From IMG/VR virus record IMGVR_UViG_2724679293_000002: a DNA stretch of 15,628 nt; one strand, 5' to 3'. This document shows, piece after piece, positions 10,820-15,628 of this stretch. The stretch comes from a virus. Taxonomy: Duplodnaviria; Heunggongvirae; Uroviricota; Caudoviricetes. The notes under the pieces are model-generated. The model was not told the DNA's origin. It made no database searches and was given only the letters and a program-made list of their open reading frames with translations. The position numbers and the translations under genes are program-made. Position 1 is the first letter of the stretch. Each line of letters starts with the position of its first letter.

Positions 10820-11215
10820 ATGACGAAAGATGAACTGATTGCCCGTCTTCAGGTGCTGGGTGAGCAACTGAACCGTGATGTCAGCCTGACGGGGACGAAA
10901 GAAGAACTGGCACTCCGTGTGGCAGAGCTGGAAGAGGAGCTTGATGACACGGATGACGCTGCCGGTCAGGACACGTCTGTCAGCCCGGAAAATGCGCTGA
11001 CCGGACATGAAAATGAGGTTGTATCAGCGCAGCCGGATACCGTGACTGATACGGCTGATCTGGTCACGGTTGTGGCACTGGTGACGCTGCATACTGATGC
11101 ACTTCACGCCACGCGGGATGAGGCTGTGGCATTTGTGCTGCCGGGAACGGCGTTCCGTGTCTCTGCCGGTGTGGCAGCTGAAATGACAGAGCGCGGCCTG
11201 GCCAGAATGCAATAA
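10820..11215 (+). CDS. FI: DNA packaging protein FI, 131 aa
   Basis: It starts MTKDELIARLQVLGEQLNRD, with an acidic central linker as in lambda gpFI. Confidence 0.9.
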   Translation: MTKDELIARLQVLGEQLNRDVSLTGTKEELALRVAELEEELDDTDDAAGQDTSVSPENALTGHENEVVSAQPDTVTDTADLVTVVALVTLHTDALHATRDEAVAFVLPGTAFRVSAGVAAEMTERGLARMQ

Positions 11216-11226
11216 CGGGAGGCGCT

Positions 11227-11601
11227 GTGGCTGATTTCGATAACCTGTTCGATGCTGCCATTGCCTGCGCCGATGAAACGATACGCGGGTACATGGGAAC
11301 GTCAGCCACCATGACATCCGGTGAGCAGTCCGGTGCTGTGATACGTGGTGTTTTTGATGACCCTGAAAATATCAGCTATGCCGGACAGGGCGTGCGCGTT
11401 GAAGGCTCCAGCCCGTCCCTGTTTGTCCGGACTGATGATGTGCGGCAGCTGCGGCGCGGCGACACGCTGACCATCGGTGAGGAAAACTTCTGGATAGACC
11501 GGATTTCGCCGGATGATGGCGGAAGCTGTCATCTCTGGCTTGGGCGGGGCGTACCGCCTGCCGTTAACCGTCGCCGCTGGAAGGGGGATGTATGGCCATA
11601 A
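11227..11601 (+). CDS. FII: Head-tail connector protein FII, 124 aa (about 7 aa longer than lambda FII)
   Basis: MADFDNLFDAAIACADETIRGYMG... The frame reads ...PAVNRRR-W-KGDVWP-stop, with TGG at 11578-11580 where I recall lambda having the TGA stop. Confidence 0.85.
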   Translation: MADFDNLFDAAIACADETIRGYMGTSATMTSGEQSGAVIRGVFDDPENISYAGQGVRVEGSSPSLFVRTDDVRQLRRGDTLTIGEENFWIDRISPDDGGSCHLWLGRGVPPAVNRRRWKGDVWP

Positions 11602-12170
11602 AAGGTCTTGAGCAGGCCGTTGAAAACCTCAGCCGTATCAGCAGAACGGCGGTGCCCGGTGCCGCCGCAATGGCCATTAACCGCGTTGCTTCATCCGCGA
11701 TATCGCAGTCGGTGTCACAGGTTGCCCGTGAGACAAAGGTACGCCGGAAACTGGTAAAGGAAAGGGCCAGGCTGAAAAGGGCCACGGTCAAAAATCCGCA
11801 GGCCAGAATCAAGGTTAACCGGGGGGATTTGCCCGTAATCAAGCTGGGTAATGCGCGGGTTGTCCTTTCGCGCCGCAGGCGTCGTAAAAAGGGGCAGCGT
11901 TCATCCCTGAAAGGTGGCGGCAGCGTGCTTGTGGTGGGTAACCGTCGTATTCCCGGCGCGTTTATTCAGCAACTGAAAAATGGCCGGTGGCATGTTATGC
12001 AGCGTGTGGCCGGGAAAAACCGTTACCCCATTGATGTGGTGAAAATCCCGATGGCGGTGCCGCTGACCACGGCGTTTAAACAAAATATTGAGCGGATACG
12101 GCGTGAACGTCTTCCGAAAGAGCTGGGCTATGCGCTGCAGCATCAACTGAGGATGGTAATAAAGCGATGA
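11592..12170 (+). CDS. Z: Tail completion protein Z, 192 aa
   Basis: It starts MAIKGLEQAVENLSRIS; length and position match lambda gpZ. Confidence 0.93.
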   Translation: MAIKGLEQAVENLSRISRTAVPGAAAMAINRVASSAISQSVSQVARETKVRRKLVKERARLKRATVKNPQARIKVNRGDLPVIKLGNARVVLSRRRRRKKGQRSSLKGGGSVLVVGNRRIPGAFIQQLKNGRWHVMQRVAGKNRYPIDVVKIPMAVPLTTAFKQNIERIRRERLPKELGYALQHQLRMVIKR

Positions 12171-12562
12171 AACATACTGAACTCCGTGCAGCCGTACTGG
12201 ATGCACTGGAGAAGCATGACACCGGGGCGACGTTTTTTGATGGTCGCCCCGCTGTTTTTGATGAGGCGGATTTTCCGGCAGTTGCCGTTTATCTCACCGG
12301 CGCTGAATACACGGGCGAAGAGCTGGACAGCGATACCTGGCAGGCGGAGCTGCATATCGAAGTTTTCCTGCCTGCTCAGGTGCCGGATTCAGAGCTGGAT
12401 GCGTGGATGGAGTCCCGGATTTATCCGGTGATGAGCGATATCCCGGCACTGTCAGAGTTGATCACCAGTATGGTGGCCAGTGGCTATGACTACCGACGCG
12501 ACGATGATGCGGGCCTGTGGAGTTCAGCCGATCTGACTTATGTCATTACCTATGAAATGTGA
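12167..12562 (+). CDS. U: Tail terminator protein U, 131 aa
   Basis: It starts [18 protein letters not shown]; ATGA overlap with Z. Confidence 0.93.
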   Translation: MKHTELRAAVLDALEKHDTGATFFDGRPAVFDEADFPAVAVYLTGAEYTGEELDSDTWQAELHIEVFLPAQVPDSELDAWMESRIYPVMSDIPALSELITSMVASGYDYRRDDDAGLWSSADLTYVITYEM

Positions 12563-12569
12563 GGACGCT

Positions 12570-13310
12570 ATGCCTGTACCAAATCCTGTAATGCCGGTGA
12601 AAGGTGCCGGGACCACCCTGTGGGTTTATAAGGGGAGCGGTGACCCTTATGCGAATCCGCTTTCAGACGTTGACTGGTCGCGTCTGGCAAAAGTTAAAGA
12701 CCTGACGCCCGGCGAACTGACCGCTGAGTCCTATGACGACAGCTATCTCGATGATGAAGATGCGGACTGGACTGCGACCGGGCAGGGGCAGAAATCAGCC
12801 GGAGATACCAGCTTCACGCTGGCGTGGATGCCCGGAGAGCAGGGGCAGCAGGCGCTGCTGGCGTGGTTTAATGAAGGTGATACCCGTGCCTATAAAATCC
12901 GCTTCCCGAACGGCACGGTCGATGTGTTCCGTGGCTGGGTCAGCAGTATCGGTAAAGCGGTGACGGCGAAGGAAGTGATCACCCGCACGGTGAAGGTCAC
13001 CAATGTGGGACGCCCGTCGATGGCAGAAGATCGCAGCACGGTCACAGCGGCAACCGGCATGACCGTGACGCCTGCCAGCACCTCGGTGGTGAAAGGGCAG
13101 AGCACCACGCTGACCGTGGCATTCCAGCCGGAAGGCGCAACCGACAAGAGCTTCCGTGCGGTGTCTGCGGATAAAACAAAAGCCACCGTGTCGGTCAGTG
13201 GTATGACCATCACCGTGAAAGGTGTTGCTGCAGGCAAGGTCAACATTCCGGTCGTATCCGGTAATGGTGAACTTGCTGCGGTTGCAGAAATCACTGTCAC
13301 CGACAGTTAA
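12570..13310 (+). CDS. V: Major tail tube protein V, 246 aa, with C-terminal Ig-like domain
   Basis: ATG 12570 ([22 protein letters not shown]...) has a GAGGA Shine-Dalgarno upstream. The listed start at 12540 is an upstream extension. Confidence 0.93.
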   Translation: MPVPNPVMPVKGAGTTLWVYKGSGDPYANPLSDVDWSRLAKVKDLTPGELTAESYDDSYLDDEDADWTATGQGQKSAGDTSFTLAWMPGEQGQQALLAWFNEGDTRAYKIRFPNGTVDVFRGWVSSIGKAVTAKEVITRTVKVTNVGRPSMAEDRSTVTAATGMTVTPASTSVVKGQSTTLTVAFQPEGATDKSFRAVSADKTKATVSVSGMTITVKGVAAGKVNIPVVSGNGELAAVAEITVTDS

Positions 13311-13325
13311 TCCGGAGAGTCAGCG

Positions 13326-13748
13326 ATGTTCCTGAAAACCGAATCATTTGAACATAACGGCGTGACCGTCACGCTTTCTGAACTTTCAGCCCTGCAGCGT
13401 ATTGAGCATCTCGCCCTGATGAAACGGCAGGCAGAACAGGCGGAGTCAGACAGCAACCGGAAGTTTACAGTGGAAGACGCCATCAGAACCGGTGCTTTTG
13501 TGGTGGCGATGTCCCTGTGGCATAACCATCCGCAGAAGACAAAGCAGCCTTCCATGAATGAAGCCGTTAAACAGATTGAGCAGGAAGTGCTTACCACCTG
13601 GCCCACAGAGGCAATTTCTCATGCTGAAAACGTGGTGTACCGGCTGTCCGGTATGTATGAGTTTGTGGTGAATGATGCCCCTGAACAGGCAGAGGACGCC
13701 GGGCCTGCAGAGCCTGTTTCTGCGGGAAAGTGTTCGACGGTGAGCTGA
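13326..13748 (+). CDS. G: Tail assembly chaperone G, 140 aa
   Basis: It starts MFLKTESFEHNGVTVTLSEL. Confidence 0.92.
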   Translation: MFLKTESFEHNGVTVTLSELSALQRIEHLALMKRQAEQAESDSNRKFTVEDAIRTGAFVVAMSLWHNHPQKTKQPSMNEAVKQIEQEVLTTWPTEAISHAENVVYRLSGMYEFVVNDAPEQAEDAGPAEPVSAGKCSTVS

Positions 13749-14164
13749 GTTTTGCCCTGAAACTGGCGCGCGAGATGGGGCGACCCGACTGGCGTGCCAT
13801 GCTTGCCGGGATGTCATCCACGGAGTATGCCGACTGGCACCGCTTTTACAGTACCCATTATTTTCATGATGTTCTGCTGGATATGCACTTTTCCGGGCTG
13901 ACGTACACCGTGCTCAGCCTGTTTTTCAGCGATCCGGATATGCATCCGCTGGATTTCAGTCTGCTGAACCGGCGTGAGGCTGACGAAGAGCCTGAAGATG
14001 ATGTGCTGATGCAGAAAGCGGCAGGGCTTGCCGGAGGCGTCCGCTTTGGCCCGGACGGGAATGAAGTTATCCCCGCTTCCCCGGATGTGGCGGACATGAC
14101 GGAGGATGACGTAATGCTGATGACAGTATCAGAAGGGATCGCAGGAGGAGTCCGGTATGGCTGA
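13326..14164 (+). CDS. T: Tail assembly chaperone G-T fusion made by programmed -1 ribosomal frameshift
   Basis: The slippery heptamer G GGA AAG lies at 13724-13730 near the end of G; the -1 frame continues as the 13730..14164 ORF (VFDGELSFALKLAREMG...). Confidence 0.85.
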
Positions 14165-15628
14165 ACCGGTAGGCGATCTGGTCGTTGATTTAAGTCTGGA
14201 TGCGGCCAGATTTGACGAGCAGATGGCCAGAGTCAGGCGTCATTTTTCCGGTACGGAAAGTGATGCGAAAAAAACAGCGGCAGTCGTTGAACAGTCGCTG
14301 AGCCGACAGGCGCTGGCTGCACAGAAAGCGGGGATTTCCGTCGGGCAGTATAAAGCCGCCATGCGTATGCTGCCTGCACAGTTCACCGACGTGGCCACGC
14401 AGCTTGCAGGCGGGCAAAGTCCGTGGCTGATCCTGCTGCAACAGGGGGGGCAGGTGAAGGACTCCTTCGGCGGGATGATCCCCATGTTCAGGGGGCTTGC
14501 CGGTGCGATCACCCTGCCGATGGTGGGGGCCACCTCGCTGGCGGTGGCGACCGGTGCGCTGGCGTATGCCTGGTATCAGGGCAACTCAACCCTGTCCGAT
14601 TTCAACAAAACGCTGGTCCTTTCCGGCAATCAGGCGGGACTGACGGCAGATCGTATGCTGGTCCTGTCCAGAGCCGGGCAGGCGGCAGGGCTGACGTTTA
14701 ACCAGACCAGCGAGTCACTCAGCGCACTGGTTAAGGCGGGGGTAAGCGGTGAGGCTCAGATTGCGTCCATCAGCCAGAGTGTGGCGCGTTTCTCCTCTGC
14801 ATCCGGCGTGGAGGTGGACAAGGTCGCTGAAGCCTTCGGGAAGCTGACCACAGACCCGACGTCGGGGCTGACGGCGATGGCACGCCAGTTCCATAACGTG
14901 ACGGCGGAGCAGATTGCGTATGTTGCTCAGTTGCAGCGTTCCGGCGATGAAGCCGGGGCATTGCAGGCGGCGAACGAGGCCGCAACGAAAGGGTTTGATG
15001 ACCAGACCCGCCGCCTGAAAGAGAACATGGGCACGCTGGAGACCTGGGCAGACAGGACTGCGCGGGCCTTCAAATCCATGTGGGATGCGGTGCTGGATAT
15101 TGGTCGTCCTGATACCGCGCAGGAGATGCTGATTAAGGCAGAGGCTGCGTTTAAGAAAGCAGACGACATCTGGAATCTGCGCAAGGATGATTATTTTGTT
15201 AACGATGAAGCGCGGGCGCGTTACTGGGATGATCGTGAAAAGGCCCGTCTTGCGCTTGAAGCCGCCCGAAAGAAGGCTGAGCAGCAGACTCAACAGGACA
15301 AAAATGCGCAGCAGCAGAGCGATACCGAAGCGTCACGGCTGAAATATACCGAAGAGGCGCAGAAGGCTTACAAACGGCTGCAGACGCCGCTGGAGAAATA
15401 TACCGCCCGTCAGGAAGAACTGAACAAGGCACTGAAAGACGGGAAAATCCTGCAGGCGGATTACAACACGCTGATGGCGGCGGCGAAAAAGGATTATGAA
15501 GCGACGCTGAAAAAGCCGAAACAGTCCGGCGTGAAGGTGTCTGCGGGCGATCGTCAGGAAGACAGTGCTCATGCTGCCCTGCTGACGCTTCAGGCAGAAC
15601 TCCGGACGCTGGAGAAGCATGCCGGAGC
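14157..15628 (+). CDS. H: Tail tape-measure protein H, N-terminal part; continues beyond the window end
   Basis: ATG 14157 (MAEPVGDLVVDLSLDAARFDEQMARVRRHF...) opens a frame with no stop to the window end. It is absent from the ORF track because it has no stop. Translation is Ala/Gln/Lys-rich and coiled-coil-like. Confidence 0.9.
   Translation, partial: MAEPVGDLVVDLSLDAARFDEQMARVRRHFSGTESDAKKTAAVVEQSLSRQALAAQKAGISVGQYKAAMRMLPAQFTDVATQLAGGQSPWLILLQQGGQVKDSFGGMIPMFRGLAGAITLPMVGATSLAVATGALAYAWYQGNSTLSDFNKTLVLSGNQAGLTADRMLVLSRAGQAAGLTFNQTSESLSALVKAGVSGEAQIASISQSVARFSSASGVEVDKVAEAFGKLTTDPTSGLTAMARQFHNVTAEQIAYVAQLQRSGDEAGALQAANEAATKGFDDQTRRLKENMGTLETWADRTARAFKSMWDAVLDIGRPDTAQEMLIKAEAAFKKADDIWNLRKDDYFVNDEARARYWDDREKARLALEAARKKAEQQTQQDKNAQQQSDTEASRLKYTEEAQKAYKRLQTPLEKYTARQEELNKALKDGKILQADYNTLMAAAKKDYEATLKKPKQSGVKVSAGDRQEDSAHAALLTLQAELRTLEKHAG

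Noticed and set aside
9876-15620. Antisense ORFs inside E, Z, V and H (for example 9876..10427 -, 12890..13300 -, 14715..15293 -, 15333..15620 -)
   Set aside because: Same reasoning: shadow ORFs within well-supported structural genes.

Overview
This window spans the cos junction of a lambdoid (lambda-like) prophage or phage genome. Left of cos (1-3560) is the right-arm late region: the 3' end of a large upstream ORF, a phage-21-type lysis cassette (pinholin S, SAR endolysin R, spanins Rz with embedded Rz1), a Rha-family regulator gene, and a small minus-strand gene for a ribbon-helix-helix-like protein (YlcI-like). Then comes cosQ/cosN, with the 12-nt cohesive end GGGCGGCGACCT at 3562-3573. 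Right of cos, the window is collinear with the phage lambda packaging/head/tail module: Nu1, A, W, B, C/Nu3, D, E, FI, FII, Z, U, V, G, G-T and the start of H, which runs off the window end. The most unusual feature is the ~200-bp cosB position (3599-3800): it lacks lambda-type R sites, carries three copies of a different motif, and ends in six Ns just upstream of a lambda-type Nu1. Other points worth a look are a tandemly duplicated non-coding module upstream of S, an apparent stop-loss extension of FII, and the mosaic joints. All homology statements rest on my recollection of lambda and phage 21 sequences; no searches were run.
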